From contig JAAXUA010000001.1 in the NCBI GenBank assembly GCA_013336275.1, positions 142,167 through 206,166 on the forward strand: 64,000 nt of DNA, read 5' to 3'. The stretch comes from Candidatus Falkowbacteria bacterium. GTDB lineage: Bacteria > Patescibacteriota > Patescibacteriia > Patescibacteriales > GWE2-39-37. Below the pieces are notes generated by a model. It did not search any database and was not told the origin of the DNA. It saw only the letters and a list, made by a program, of their open reading frames with translations. Shown piece by piece: positions 38,503 to 48,373 of this stretch (positions within the stretch are counted from its first letter, which is position 1; each line of letters starts with the position of its first letter). A program made the position numbers and the translations under genes.

Positions 38503-39585
38503 ATGCCAAAGAATAATTATAAAATATTGCTTGCAGGCGGTGGGACGGGCGGTTCAGTCAGTCCGCTTTTAGCTATCGCCGAGACTTTGCGCAAGTCGGG
38601 CGATGAGTTCGAATTCATCTGGCTGGGCGGGCGCGGCGGCATCGAGGAGACCATGGTCAAGCGCGCCGGAATCGGTTTCCAACCGATCCGTAACGGCAAG
38701 CTGCGGCGTTATTGGTCGTGGCACAATGTCGTCGACCCTTGGCTCATCCTTTTCGGCCTAGTCGAGTCGTTTCTTTTCATGAAAAAGTGGCGCCCAGGAC
38801 TGATCGTCACCGCCGGGAGCTATATCAGCGTTCCGGTCGTCTGGGCAGGCAGCCTTTTGAAAATACCGATCATCGTGCACCAGCAGGATCTGCGCCCAGG
38901 ATTGGCCAATCGCCTGATGTCGCCTTTTGCCGCAGTCATTACTGTAACTTTTGAGAAATCACTTGCCGACTTCAAGGAGAAGGCCCAATGGTTCGGCAAT
39001 CCGCTTCGGCAATCATTCATCTCTGCGGGCAAGAATGCTCCGTCAAAGGTACCGGCGAAGTCCGGACTGCCTTCACTCTTGGTCTTGGGCGGCGGTACCG
39101 GAGCGGAAGCCTTGAATGTCTTGATCGAGGAGTCGGCCCCGTTGCTAGCGGAGTTCTGCCAAGTGCTGCACGTCACGGGACCGAACAAGAATACCGCCAC
39201 GACCGCGGCGCGCAAGCACTACCGCTCCGTACCGTTCCTTAACGAGAAGGAAATGGCCGAGGCCTGTGCTTCGGCTGATCTGGTCCTGACCCGTGCCGGA
39301 ATCGGGACCCTTTCCGAATTAGCCTATCTTGGCAAGCCGGCTCTGATCGTGCCGATGCCAGGCACTCACCAGGAGGATAATGCGGAATTTTTCCGCGACG
39401 CTCACGCCGGAGCCGTCCTGGACCAGCGGCAGTTGACGCCGGAGCTCCTAGCGACCATAATCAAAGAATCGATCAACGACCAAGACCTGCTCCAGGAGCT
39501 TGGCGGCAACATCAGCCGCTTAGCCAAGAGGGACGCTAACGAAACGTTCGCCAAAGCGGTCAAGTCGCTGGCAATAAGGACTTAA
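38503..39585 (+). CDS. murG: Undecaprenyl-PP-MurNAc-pentapeptide GlcNAc transferase
   Basis: GGGTGG, GKLRRY, PGLAN, GNPLR, RAG..TLSE, HQEDNA. Confidence 0.93.
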   Translation: MPKNNYKILLAGGGTGGSVSPLLAIAETLRKSGDEFEFIWLGGRGGIEETMVKRAGIGFQPIRNGKLRRYWSWHNVVDPWLILFGLVESFLFMKKWRPGLIVTAGSYISVPVVWAGSLLKIPIIVHQQDLRPGLANRLMSPFAAVITVTFEKSLADFKEKAQWFGNPLRQSFISAGKNAPSKVPAKSGLPSLLVLGGGTGAEALNVLIEESAPLLAEFCQVLHVTGPNKNTATTAARKHYRSVPFLNEKEMAEACASADLVLTRAGIGTLSELAYLGKPALIVPMPGTHQEDNAEFFRDAHAGAVLDQRQLTPELLATIIKESINDQDLLQELGGNISRLAKRDANETFAKAVKSLAIRT

Positions 39586-39593
39586 TCCGATAT

Positions 39594-41039
39594 ATGGATC
39601 TGGCAAGAATCAAAAAAGCATACCTGATCGGGATCAAGGGCGTCGGCATGACGATGCTCGCTCAGTTTTTGGCTGAGCAGGGAATCGAGGTTTCTGGCAG
39701 CGACGTCAAGGAGACGTTCATGACAGACGCCATTTTAGGGCGTCTGGGCATCCGGGTGCATGAAGGCTTCAGCGAAGCGAACGTGCCGGCGGATGCTGAC
39801 CTGATCATCTATTCGACAGCTTACAATAGCAAGACCAACCCCGAATTGGCCAAGGCGGTCATCGGCAAGACGAGATCGATTCCGTACGCAGTGGCACTTG
39901 GAGAAATTTTCAACCAGAAATACGGCATCGCAGTGGCCGGTTCGGCCGGCAAGACCACGACCACAGCCTGGCTGGGGTATCTCCTTAATCGGAGCGGCTT
40001 TGAGCCGAACGTATTAGTCGGAGCTAATGTGCCGCAATTCAACGGCGCCAGCTTGGTCAGCCGTTCCGATCTCATGCTGATCGAAGCCGATGAATACCAG
40101 AACAAGCTTCAATACTTCCAGCCCAAGGCGGTGCTTTTGAACAATATCGATTACGATCATCCCGATTATTTTCCGACATTGGAATCATATCAGCGAGTCT
40201 TTCTTGACTTCATCCAGAAGATTCCGCGCAAGGGCTTTCTGGTGGCTAATTTCGATGACGACTTCATCCGCCGGACAGCTCGTGTCAATTGCCACGGCCG
40301 GGTTATCGGCTACGCCATCGATCAGCCAGCCGACTATGTCGCCTACGACATTCGCTCGGCCGGCGGCCGGCAATATTTCAAAGTCCGTATGGCGGCACGC
40401 GAAGATGATCCGACTTTCGCCGATCCGTCCCATAACCATGATCACGCCGAAGCCGCTTCGGAGCTGGGTGATTTCAGAATCTCTTTGGCTGGCCGCCACA
40501 ACATCAGCAACGCCTTGGCGGTCATCGCTGCCGCCATCGAGCTGGAGGTGCCGCTTCTGGACATCCGCCGCTACATCGGCGAATTCACCAGCACCAGCCG
40601 ACGCATGGAATTGATGGGGGAGTATCGCGGCGTCCCGATCGTGGATGATTATGCGCACCATCCGGCCAAAGTAAAGGCCGCCCTCGATGGTATCCGCCAG
40701 CTTTATCCCAAGGAGCGTTTGGTCGTCGTCTTTCATCCGCATACTTTTACTAGGACCAAGGCCCTGATTGACGAATTTGCCGCCAGCTTCGCGCCAGTAG
40801 ACGAGCTGGTGGTCCTGGATATCTACGGCAGCGCCCGCGAAGAACAGGGTGGTGTGTCGAGTCTCGACCTCATAGCCAAGATCAAGGATCTGCCCGAGCA
40901 GCCCAAGGCGGTCGTGCATCAGCCGAGATTGGAAGATGCCGAGCAGTATCTGCGCCAGACCGTCAAGAAAGGCGATGTCGTCCTCTTGATGGGGGCCGGC
41001 GACGTCTTCCGTGTCGGCGAGAAATTGGTGGGAAAATAA
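39594..41039 (+). CDS. murC: UDP-N-acetylmuramate--L-alanine ligase
   Basis: IGIKGVGM, GSAGKTTT, EADEY, DYDHPD, DDYAHHP, FHPHTFTR, MGAGD. Confidence 0.94.
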   Translation: MDLARIKKAYLIGIKGVGMTMLAQFLAEQGIEVSGSDVKETFMTDAILGRLGIRVHEGFSEANVPADADLIIYSTAYNSKTNPELAKAVIGKTRSIPYAVALGEIFNQKYGIAVAGSAGKTTTTAWLGYLLNRSGFEPNVLVGANVPQFNGASLVSRSDLMLIEADEYQNKLQYFQPKAVLLNNIDYDHPDYFPTLESYQRVFLDFIQKIPRKGFLVANFDDDFIRRTARVNCHGRVIGYAIDQPADYVAYDIRSAGGRQYFKVRMAAREDDPTFADPSHNHDHAEAASELGDFRISLAGRHNISNALAVIAAAIELEVPLLDIRRYIGEFTSTSRRMELMGEYRGVPIVDDYAHHPAKVKAALDGIRQLYPKERLVVVFHPHTFTRTKALIDEFAASFAPVDELVVLDIYGSAREEQGGVSSLDLIAKIKDLPEQPKAVVHQPRLEDAEQYLRQTVKKGDVVLLMGAGDVFRVGEKLVGK

Positions 41040-41088
41040 AAAAAGAGGGCGATATGGTATCGCCCTCCTGAAGTCGCCATGGTTTTTC

Positions 41089-41739
41089 TTAAACGCATGG
41101 GATAATTCTCCGGCCGTCGAATTTGATCTGGCCGGTTTTTTTCAATGCCCCAAGTACCCTGGTGACGGTTTCGCGAGCCATGCCGCAGAGTTCGCCGATT
41201 TCCTCGTGCGTCAGGTTGATAGGGAGGTAAGTCGGGAGCTGCTTGTAGAAGTAGACCAGGAACTGGATGATGCGTTCTTTGGCATCGGCTTGGCTGAGAA
41301 TTCCCAGCTTGCGGTTAAGCTCCAGCTTTTCCGTGGCCTGCTGCTGCAGGAATTTCCAGAAGAGGTCGAGATTGCTTTCCAAGATCTGCCTGAAGTCGGC
41401 GGTTTTGATCCTGAGCATGATCGAGTATTCTCTGGTTTCCAGATCGAACGGCAGCGGCTTGCCTTCAAGGCTTGATTCGGCGAAAAAGTCGCCGGGCAGG
41501 TAGATGACGTTAATCAGTCTTTTCACTTCGCCATCGACGGGATAGGAGGTGGCTTTGACTGAGCCGCAGGTGAGGAAAGTGAGACAATCAGGGTTGTCGC
41601 CTTCGATGTAAAGCACTACCTTTTTCTCCTTCTTGATGAGGGTGAAATGTTTGGAAATCTCTTCCAGCTTTTCTTCGGATAGGCCGTTGAAGAGTGGGAC
41701 TTGCTTTAACGTCGGGACAATCGAGGTTGTTTTAGACAT
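41089..41739 (-). CDS. Crp/Fnr family transcriptional regulator
   Basis: cNMP-binding-like domain (VPLFNGL, EGD, PGDFFAE), HTH LTHEEIGELCGMARETVTRVL; SD AAGGAG. Confidence 0.88.
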   Translation of the reverse strand: MSKTTSIVPTLKQVPLFNGLSEEKLEEISKHFTLIKKEKKVVLYIEGDNPDCLTFLTCGSVKATSYPVDGEVKRLINVIYLPGDFFAESSLEGKPLPFDLETREYSIMLRIKTADFRQILESNLDLFWKFLQQQATEKLELNRKLGILSQADAKERIIQFLVYFYKQLPTYLPINLTHEEIGELCGMARETVTRVLGALKKTGQIKFDGRRIIPCV

Positions 41740-41857
41740 GGCGTCTCTCCTTTTTGTGGTAAGGAAGCGTTAGCCTCCTCTTTACAAATACAAAAGGAGG
41801 CCGCCCTCGTTACCGATGGGGTTGGGGTTGAAGTTTCAATGTCCGATGAAACACCTA

Positions 41858-41886
41858 AACTTAGCATATTTTAAAGAAAAAGTCAA
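41858..41886 (-). promoter_or_regulatory. Sigma70 promoter of the Crp/Fnr gene
   Basis: TTGACT-17-TAAGTT with extended TG. Confidence 0.55.
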
Positions 41887-41961
41887 GGCACCGATGAAGA
41901 GCTTTATTAATTTGCCGGATTAAGCTAGAATTAATCTATTATTACCTAATAATCGCGCAAA

Positions 41962-42906
41962 ATGAATATCGAGGAAAAAATCGATCGAAATATCACCCTA
42001 GCGCCTTTCACCACTTTCCGCATCGGCGGACAGGCCAAACTGTTCGTCCAGGCCGATTCGCCCGAGGAAATTGTCGAGGCGATCCGTTGGGCCAAAGCCA
42101 ATAATGAGAAGTTTTTCGTGCTCGGAGGCGGCAGTAACCTGCTTATCAGCGATAACGGGTTCGATGGCTTGATCATAAAATATAACTTTCAATACCTTTT
42201 TCGGGAAAATAATATCATCGAGTGCGGCGGCGGGCTGCCTTTAGCCAGGGCCTGCCTGAGCGCCCAGCGTCACAGCTTTTCCGGGTTAGAGTGGGCTGTC
42301 GGCGTCCCAGGAACGGTCGGTGGGGCCGTTCGGGGCAATGCCGCCTGTTTCGGCTCAGAAATGGCAGCATTAGTGACGGAAGTCAGCGCTTTTGACCCGG
42401 AAACAGACAAGATATACCAGTTGACCAAGGATGAGTGCGGTTTCAGCTACCGCAGCAGCATTTTTAAGGAGAAGGGCATCGTCATATTAAGCTGCAAGCT
42501 GCAGTTGGCGGCCGGAGATGCGGAGCAGATAAGGCAGAAGATCGAGGATGTGGTCAAACGGCGGTCGGAGCAGCAGCCTAAATACTTCAGTGCCGGCAGC
42601 GTCTTCAAAAATGTCCCATTGTCGGAGGTTAATAACCCGGAATTGATCGAGGAGGCTAAAAAAGAGAACAAAATCTCCGGTGCCGGTCCAGGCGGCCTGC
42701 CTGCTGCCTGGCTGATCGAGAAACTCCACTTCAAAGGTAAAGAAGTCGGCGGCGCTCGGGTCAGCGACCTCCATGCCAACTTCATTATCAATAAGCAGGG
42801 AAAGGCGACGGCTGAAGATGTGATCGTTTTGATGAGCTTGATCAAGCAGAAAGTGCGTGTGGAATTCGAAGTGCAGCTCAAAGAAGAAATCACCTATCTC
42901 AATTAA
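41962..42906 (+). CDS. murB: UDP-N-acetylenolpyruvoylglucosamine reductase
   Basis: TTFRIGG, GGGSNLL, GVPGTVGGAVRGNA, YRSS, SAGSVFKN, HANFIIN. Confidence 0.95.
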   Translation: MNIEEKIDRNITLAPFTTFRIGGQAKLFVQADSPEEIVEAIRWAKANNEKFFVLGGGSNLLISDNGFDGLIIKYNFQYLFRENNIIECGGGLPLARACLSAQRHSFSGLEWAVGVPGTVGGAVRGNAACFGSEMAALVTEVSAFDPETDKIYQLTKDECGFSYRSSIFKEKGIVILSCKLQLAAGDAEQIRQKIEDVVKRRSEQQPKYFSAGSVFKNVPLSEVNNPELIEEAKKENKISGAGPGGLPAAWLIEKLHFKGKEVGGARVSDLHANFIINKQGKATAEDVIVLMSLIKQKVRVEFEVQLKEEITYLN

Positions 42907-42961
42907 AAAAACTTTTAATATTAGTAAAAAACAGCACCACTATTCGGGGCTGTTTTTACTA

Positions 42962-42990
42962 TTGACTAATGTGAAATAATGTGCTATATT
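42962..42990 (+). promoter_or_regulatory. Sigma70 promoter
   Basis: TTGACT-17-TATATT with extended TG, upstream of the 43100 ORF. Confidence 0.6.
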
Positions 42991-43099
42991 ATGAAAACTA
43001 AAATAATAACTGACGATTTAGTCAAATGTTTTGGTTTTCTTTTTTGTTTAAATAATCACAAGAAGAAAGATTGAGCTTGTCCGATTTTTCTAAGCTAAT

Positions 43100-44341
43100 A
43101 TGGAAAATAATCCCAACCAGAGCGCATCTCTCGACGGAAAATCTATTCTCGACCAGATTCTCACCAACAACCAGGCCGAACAAGTGGCGCGGTTGGATGC
43201 TATTGAGATTACGGAGAACCTTCTCTCCCAGCTTAACGATCGCGAACGCGACGTTCTGTCCCGCCGTTTCGGTCTCCATGGCAGCGAAAAGGAAACCTTG
43301 GAGAACATCGGTGCTGTGCACAAGCTGACCCGCGAGCGTATCCGCCAGATCGAGACTTCCAGCGTCAAAAAGCTCCGTGCTTTGAAAAATTTGGAAGAGT
43401 TCATCATCAGCCTGCGCCGCACGATCAATCAGCTTTTGGAAGAGCATGGCGGCTTGATGGAAAAAGAATACCTTCTCAACAATCTCGTCAACTTTTCGGC
43501 TGGCGGGTTCCGCAACAAGCCTGAAGAGGCTGGTCTGCACAAGAATCACCTCGATTTTCTGATCTCACGTCTGCTCCATGATCATTTCGAGGAAGTCAAA
43601 AGCTCGAAGCAGTTCAAGGAAGCCTTCAAGCTTAAACACCAAACTTTGGATCATTTAGAGGAATTGGCCCAGGATTTAGTGCTTAAAATCAAGGAGGCGA
43701 AGCGTTTGTTCGCTACTGACGAACTGATCGGCACCATCAAGGATCTCGATTCGTTCCAGAAATATCAGGACAAATTCAATCTTATCTATAATCTGGATAT
43801 CTCCAATGTCCTTGGCGGCGACCTGTTTCAGGAAAATGCCGAGGTGGTCAACGCCAATAAGGCTCTCTATTCCTTGCTGCAGGCATCGAAGCAGATCGAG
43901 CAGAACAAGTTCGGCCAGTGGGGCATCGCTGATTGGCGCGAAATCAAGCCTAAGACCATCAATGACAAGATTTACCTCATATTGAAGAACGAAGGCAAAC
44001 CGTTGCATTTCGTCGATATCACCACCAGGATTAACCAGATCAACTTCGACGACAAGCCAGCCAATGCTGCCACTGTCCATAACGAGCTGATCCTTGATGA
44101 CAAGTACGTCCTGGTCGGCCGCGGCCTCTATTCCTTGAAGGAGTGGGGTTATAAGCAAGGGACCGTCCTTGATGTGATCAAGGAAATCCTGGCCCAGAAC
44201 CCGGAAGGCCTGACCCGCGACGAGATCATCGAAAAGGTCCTGTCTCAGAGGTTGGTCAAGAAGGCTACTATCATCCTGGCGCTGATGGATAAGAATATTT
44301 TCGATAAGGTGGATAACCGTTACATTTTGAAACAAGCATAA
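43100..44341 (+). CDS. Sigma-70 region 4 + HARE-HTH (RNAP delta-like) multidomain protein
   Basis: LNDRERDVLSRRFGL...TLENIG...LTRERIRQIE; C-terminal YLILKNEGKPLHF.DI...VHNELI.DDKYVLVGRGLYSLKEW. Confidence 0.82.
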   Translation: MENNPNQSASLDGKSILDQILTNNQAEQVARLDAIEITENLLSQLNDRERDVLSRRFGLHGSEKETLENIGAVHKLTRERIRQIETSSVKKLRALKNLEEFIISLRRTINQLLEEHGGLMEKEYLLNNLVNFSAGGFRNKPEEAGLHKNHLDFLISRLLHDHFEEVKSSKQFKEAFKLKHQTLDHLEELAQDLVLKIKEAKRLFATDELIGTIKDLDSFQKYQDKFNLIYNLDISNVLGGDLFQENAEVVNANKALYSLLQASKQIEQNKFGQWGIADWREIKPKTINDKIYLILKNEGKPLHFVDITTRINQINFDDKPANAATVHNELILDDKYVLVGRGLYSLKEWGYKQGTVLDVIKEILAQNPEGLTRDEIIEKVLSQRLVKKATIILALMDKNIFDKVDNRYILKQA

Positions 44342-44351
44342 GATACTTCCT

Positions 44352-44383
44352 GAAAAGAGCGCCAGAATCGGCGCTCTTTTCAT
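44352..44383 (+). terminator. Intrinsic terminator
   Basis: GAAAAGAGCGCC-AGAATC-GGCGCTCTTTTC. Confidence 0.7.
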
Positions 44384-44433
44384 TTGGCCTCAATTGAGGA
44401 ATCGTGGTAAAATAAAAACAAAGAACAAAGGAT

Positions 44434-45945
44434 ATGAATGGAGACATCGTATTGAATCTGCAACCGATTTACGACTTTCTGGCCCTGCCGCCCGATGAGA
44501 TGCTTTTGCGTTTCATGATCCTTTTCGGCTGGATCCCATTCGCCCTGACTTTCCTTTGGGGCATTCTGCAGGTTTGGGTCTATGAACGCCAGAATCAATT
44601 CGCCGCCAAGCAGAAGTTCATCTATCTGGCAATCGATGTTCCTCGAGGTAATGAGCAGTCGCCTAAGGCAGTTGAGAACCTCTTTACCTATCTGGCGGGC
44701 GCCCACGGCACCCTGAATCTGATAGATATTTTCTGGGAAGGCAAATACCAGCTCGGTTTCAGCTTCGAAATCGTCAGCATCGAGGGCTACACCCAATTCG
44801 TGGTCCGCACGCCCGAGGGCTTCCGTCATCTGGTCGAGACAGCTTTCTATTCCCAATATCCCGACGCGGAAATCACTGAAATCAATGATTATACGATCGG
44901 CATGCCTTCAGTTTTCCCGGATAATGAATACGATGTCTGGGGCGCTGAGTTCGTCCAGGTGAAACATTGGACCTATCCGATCAAGACCTACAAGGATTTC
45001 GAGCACCAATACGGACCGCCTGAGACGCATTTTCGCGATCCGATGGCCACCCTGATGGATCTCTGTTCCAGCTTGCACTCAGGCGAACAGCTCTGGTATC
45101 AGATCCTGGTCACTCCGACCGACTTCGAATGGGTCAAGAAGGGCGAGGAAGAGATATCGAAAATCATGAAGGAAAAGCCTAAATCCAAACCGTCGATTAC
45201 CAACAAGATTATCGATGAGGCATTGGGCTGGGTCGATGCCGGAGCCGGCACCACGCTGAAGCCAGGAGCGGCCGAGGTCAAGAAGGATGATGCCTTGAAG
45301 ATGATGGATCTGAAGCCGGCCCAGAAGAAGGCCGTCGAGGGTATCCAGGAAAAAATCAGCAAGATGGGCTTCAAGTTCAAGATGCGCATGGTCTACATCG
45401 CCAAGAAGGACGTTATGAACAAGCCCAAGGTCGTCAACGGCTTCGTCGGCTTCATCAAGCAGTTTTCATACAATGACATGAACAATCTTAAGCCGGACAT
45501 GGCAGTGACGGCTACTTCGACGGCGTACATGTTCAAGGATTCGCGGCTTCTGGCTAGAAAAAACCGCATCGTCAAGCGTTTCATGGGCCGCTCGGGCTAT
45601 GGCGCTCCGGCCGGGGTGATGAATTCCGAGGAACTGGCCACTTTGTGGCATTTCCCGATCGAGCATGTGGTCAAGGCGCCGCTCTTGCAGAAGGCGTCCG
45701 GCCGCAAAGCGGAGGCGCCGATCACCTTGCCGCTATCCGAACCGCCGACCGGCACGATCGTGCCGGATGAGATATTCCAAGTGATGGGTCGAGAAGCAGC
45801 AGCGGCACCCAAAGCTGAAGAGCGGGAAGCTGAAGGAGCAGAATTGAAGGAAGAAAACATATTTACCCTTGAACCTAACGAGCCGGAAAAATCGGTGGAG
45901 GTCGAAGACGATGACCAGCCGCCGATCAACCTGCCATTCGTATAA
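44434..45945 (+). CDS. Hypothetical membrane-anchored protein associated with the downstream ATPase
   Basis: 503 aa, N-terminal TM, FSFEIVS, YSQYPDAEI, YPIKTY, EELATLWHFP; 5 nt from the next gene. Confidence 0.75.
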   Translation: MNGDIVLNLQPIYDFLALPPDEMLLRFMILFGWIPFALTFLWGILQVWVYERQNQFAAKQKFIYLAIDVPRGNEQSPKAVENLFTYLAGAHGTLNLIDIFWEGKYQLGFSFEIVSIEGYTQFVVRTPEGFRHLVETAFYSQYPDAEITEINDYTIGMPSVFPDNEYDVWGAEFVQVKHWTYPIKTYKDFEHQYGPPETHFRDPMATLMDLCSSLHSGEQLWYQILVTPTDFEWVKKGEEEISKIMKEKPKSKPSITNKIIDEALGWVDAGAGTTLKPGAAEVKKDDALKMMDLKPAQKKAVEGIQEKISKMGFKFKMRMVYIAKKDVMNKPKVVNGFVGFIKQFSYNDMNNLKPDMAVTATSTAYMFKDSRLLARKNRIVKRFMGRSGYGAPAGVMNSEELATLWHFPIEHVVKAPLLQKASGRKAEAPITLPLSEPPTGTIVPDEIFQVMGREAAAAPKAEEREAEGAELKEENIFTLEPNEPEKSVEVEDDDQPPINLPFV

Positions 45946-45950
45946 ACACT

Positions 45951-47690
45951 ATGAGCGAAATAAGCGAAATCACAGTCTTCGGCCAGACGACCTATCGCAA
46001 TGCCGCACGCAAGTTCGGCATCAAGACCGACGATCGCCGCCGCCACATGTACCTTATCGGTAAGACCGGCATGGGCAAATCGACGATTTTGGAGAATATG
46101 ATCGTCGAGGACATCCGCGCCGGCCGCGGCGTGGCCGTCGTCGACCCGCATGGCGATCTGGCCGAGAAAATAATGCAGTTCATCCCCTCGGACCGCATCA
46201 ATGATGTCATCTATTTCAATCCGGCGGATATCGAATATCCGATCGCTTTCAACGTGATCGAGCAAGTCGAGCCGCACTTGCGCCACTTGGTCGCCTCAGG
46301 CCTGATCGGCGTTTTCCAGAAATTGTGGGCTGATTCCTGGGGACCGCGTCTGGAGTACATCCTGCGTAATTCCATCCTAGCGATTCTTGATTACCCGAGT
46401 TCGACTTTGTTGGCCGTGACCCGCATGTTCGCGGATAAGAAATTCCGCAAGAACGTCATCGACAAGATCCAGGATCCGGTGGTCCGTTCGTTCTGGGTCA
46501 ACGAGTTCGCCAGCTATGCCGACAAGTTCGCCTCGGAGGCCGTGTCGCCGATCCAAAACAAGGTCGGCCAATTTCTCTCCAGCTCTTTGATGCGCAACAT
46601 CGTCGGCCAGGTCAAGTCGTCGATCAACATCCGTGAGATCATGGATGGTCAGAAAATACTGATCATGAACCTGTCCAAGGGCCGTATCGGCGAGGACAAC
46701 TCAGCCTTGCTCGGCGCTATGATGATTACCAAAATCCAGCTGGCGGCTATGAGCCGCGTAGATATTCCGGAGCACGACCGCAAGGACTTCTATCTTTATA
46801 TCGACGAATTCCAGAACTTCACCACGGATTCTTTCACCAACATCTTGTCCGAAGCCCGCAAATACCATCTGAACCTAATCATGGCCCATCAGTATATCGA
46901 ACAGCTGGGCGAGGTTGTCGAGGCGGCGGTTTTCGGAAACATCGGCACCATGGTCGTTTTCCGCATCGGTGCTGCTGACGCCGAAAAGCTGGTCAAGGAA
47001 TTCGAACCGGTTTTTACCGAAGAGGATCTGGTCAACCTGCCGAAATACGAATTTTATCTGAAGCTGATGATCGACGGCATCACCTCCAATCCTTTTTCGG
47101 CCCGCGGCCTGGCTCCTTTGACCGAGGCCGAAAAGACTGGAAATCTTGACAAGGTGATCCAGGTGACCCGCGAGCGCTACGCCAAAAGAAGGGAAGTCGT
47201 CGAGGATAGGATCCGCCGTTGGCACGAGAGCGATGATGAAGAGTCGGCGCCAGCCAATGTCTCGACGGCGCCAGCCACCTCTCCGGCGGCTGCGCCCGCT
47301 CCGGTTAGGCGCCCCGAACCGGCAGCCTATTCCGCGCCACAGCCAATCAGAGACAGGGAGACTCCTCCTAGCGCTAGGCGTCCCGAGCGCGGGGACGATG
47401 CCTCCCGCAACGAGGCTACCTGCAGCCGTTGCGGCAAGCGGACTAGGGTTGCCTTCGTTCCTGACGGGTTGCGGCCCATCTATTGCAAAGAATGCTTGCA
47501 GTCATTGAAAGAAGAGAAGAATAAGGAATCTTCGTTGCGCAAGCAGCAGAAGCTGTCGGAGCTGGCCAGCCTCGAATCCGACCCTGGCGCACCGGCTTTT
47601 CCTAAGCCTATGTCAATCAAGGAAGCTTTTGAGAAAGCCCAGGCCGAAAAGGCAAGAGCGGAAGCTGAAAATAAGCAAGACCAGTCATGA
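45951..47690 (+). CDS. VirD4/TraD/HerA-like P-loop ATPase with C-terminal CxxC-x17-CxxC zinc motif
   Basis: RRRHMYLIGKTGMGKST, VVDPHGD, YIDEFQNF, SEARKY, AHQYIEQL; CSRC...RPIYCKEC. Confidence 0.85.
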   Translation: MSEISEITVFGQTTYRNAARKFGIKTDDRRRHMYLIGKTGMGKSTILENMIVEDIRAGRGVAVVDPHGDLAEKIMQFIPSDRINDVIYFNPADIEYPIAFNVIEQVEPHLRHLVASGLIGVFQKLWADSWGPRLEYILRNSILAILDYPSSTLLAVTRMFADKKFRKNVIDKIQDPVVRSFWVNEFASYADKFASEAVSPIQNKVGQFLSSSLMRNIVGQVKSSINIREIMDGQKILIMNLSKGRIGEDNSALLGAMMITKIQLAAMSRVDIPEHDRKDFYLYIDEFQNFTTDSFTNILSEARKYHLNLIMAHQYIEQLGEVVEAAVFGNIGTMVVFRIGAADAEKLVKEFEPVFTEEDLVNLPKYEFYLKLMIDGITSNPFSARGLAPLTEAEKTGNLDKVIQVTRERYAKRREVVEDRIRRWHESDDEESAPANVSTAPATSPAAAPAPVRRPEPAAYSAPQPIRDRETPPSARRPERGDDASRNEATCSRCGKRTRVAFVPDGLRPIYCKECLQSLKEEKNKESSLRKQQKLSELASLESDPGAPAFPKPMSIKEAFEKAQAEKARAEAENKQDQS

Positions 47691-48367
47691 TCGAGTTCAA
47701 CCGCTACATCCACCAATCCTGGACCAGTGTCGATTCCTTTTTCAAGAGCGATAACTGGCTATACCGTATCAGGGTGAACGATTACCAGCTGGTCACCATA
47801 TTCTGGAATCTTTTTTTGGTCATAATCCCTTGGTTCATTGGCCTGGTCATAATCAGACTGGGTCGCCAGACCGGGCTGGCATCGTTCGCTTCAAGGCTGG
47901 GCTTTTTTGCGTTGGCTTTCGTTTGGCTGCTTTTCATCCCGAATACGATTTATATCGTCAGCGATGTACGCCATCTTCTGAATTATTGCCCTATCGATTC
48001 GCCTTTCCAAGTCTGCGAAAAAAATGCCTGGATGATCCTCTTTTTCTTCACCTACGCCGCTATCGGTTGGTGGTCTTTCGTCTTCTTGCTCAACCAGATG
48101 AAGGGTTTTATCTCCGAAACCTATGGCCGGATCATGGCTGAACTCTGGCTTCTGCTGCTGATCCCGGTCGTCGCTCTCGGCTTTCTTTTCGGCCTGGTCC
48201 ATCGTTGGAATAGCTGGGAATTCTTCATATATCCGGGGGAAATATTCCGGAATTTCCTGATTTATCTGAACGACCCCAAAAGCTTTACAAATTGGCTAAT
48301 TTTTACTATATTTCTTTATATTTTGTATTGGGGAGGGAATATCGCATTTAAGAAAAAGGAGTATTAA
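47687..48367 (+). CDS. DUF1361-like membrane protein
   Basis: WNLFLVIIP, WLLFIPNTIYIVSD..HL, RWNSW. Confidence 0.75.
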   Translation: MIEFNRYIHQSWTSVDSFFKSDNWLYRIRVNDYQLVTIFWNLFLVIIPWFIGLVIIRLGRQTGLASFASRLGFFALAFVWLLFIPNTIYIVSDVRHLLNYCPIDSPFQVCEKNAWMILFFFTYAAIGWWSFVFLLNQMKGFISETYGRIMAELWLLLLIPVVALGFLFGLVHRWNSWEFFIYPGEIFRNFLIYLNDPKSFTNWLIFTIFLYILYWGGNIAFKKKEY

Positions 48368-48373
48368 AAACAC

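Noticed and set aside
45951..47690. Conjugative element or ICE
   Set aside because: No relaxase, VirB4, integrase or flanking att sites; embedded among housekeeping genes.
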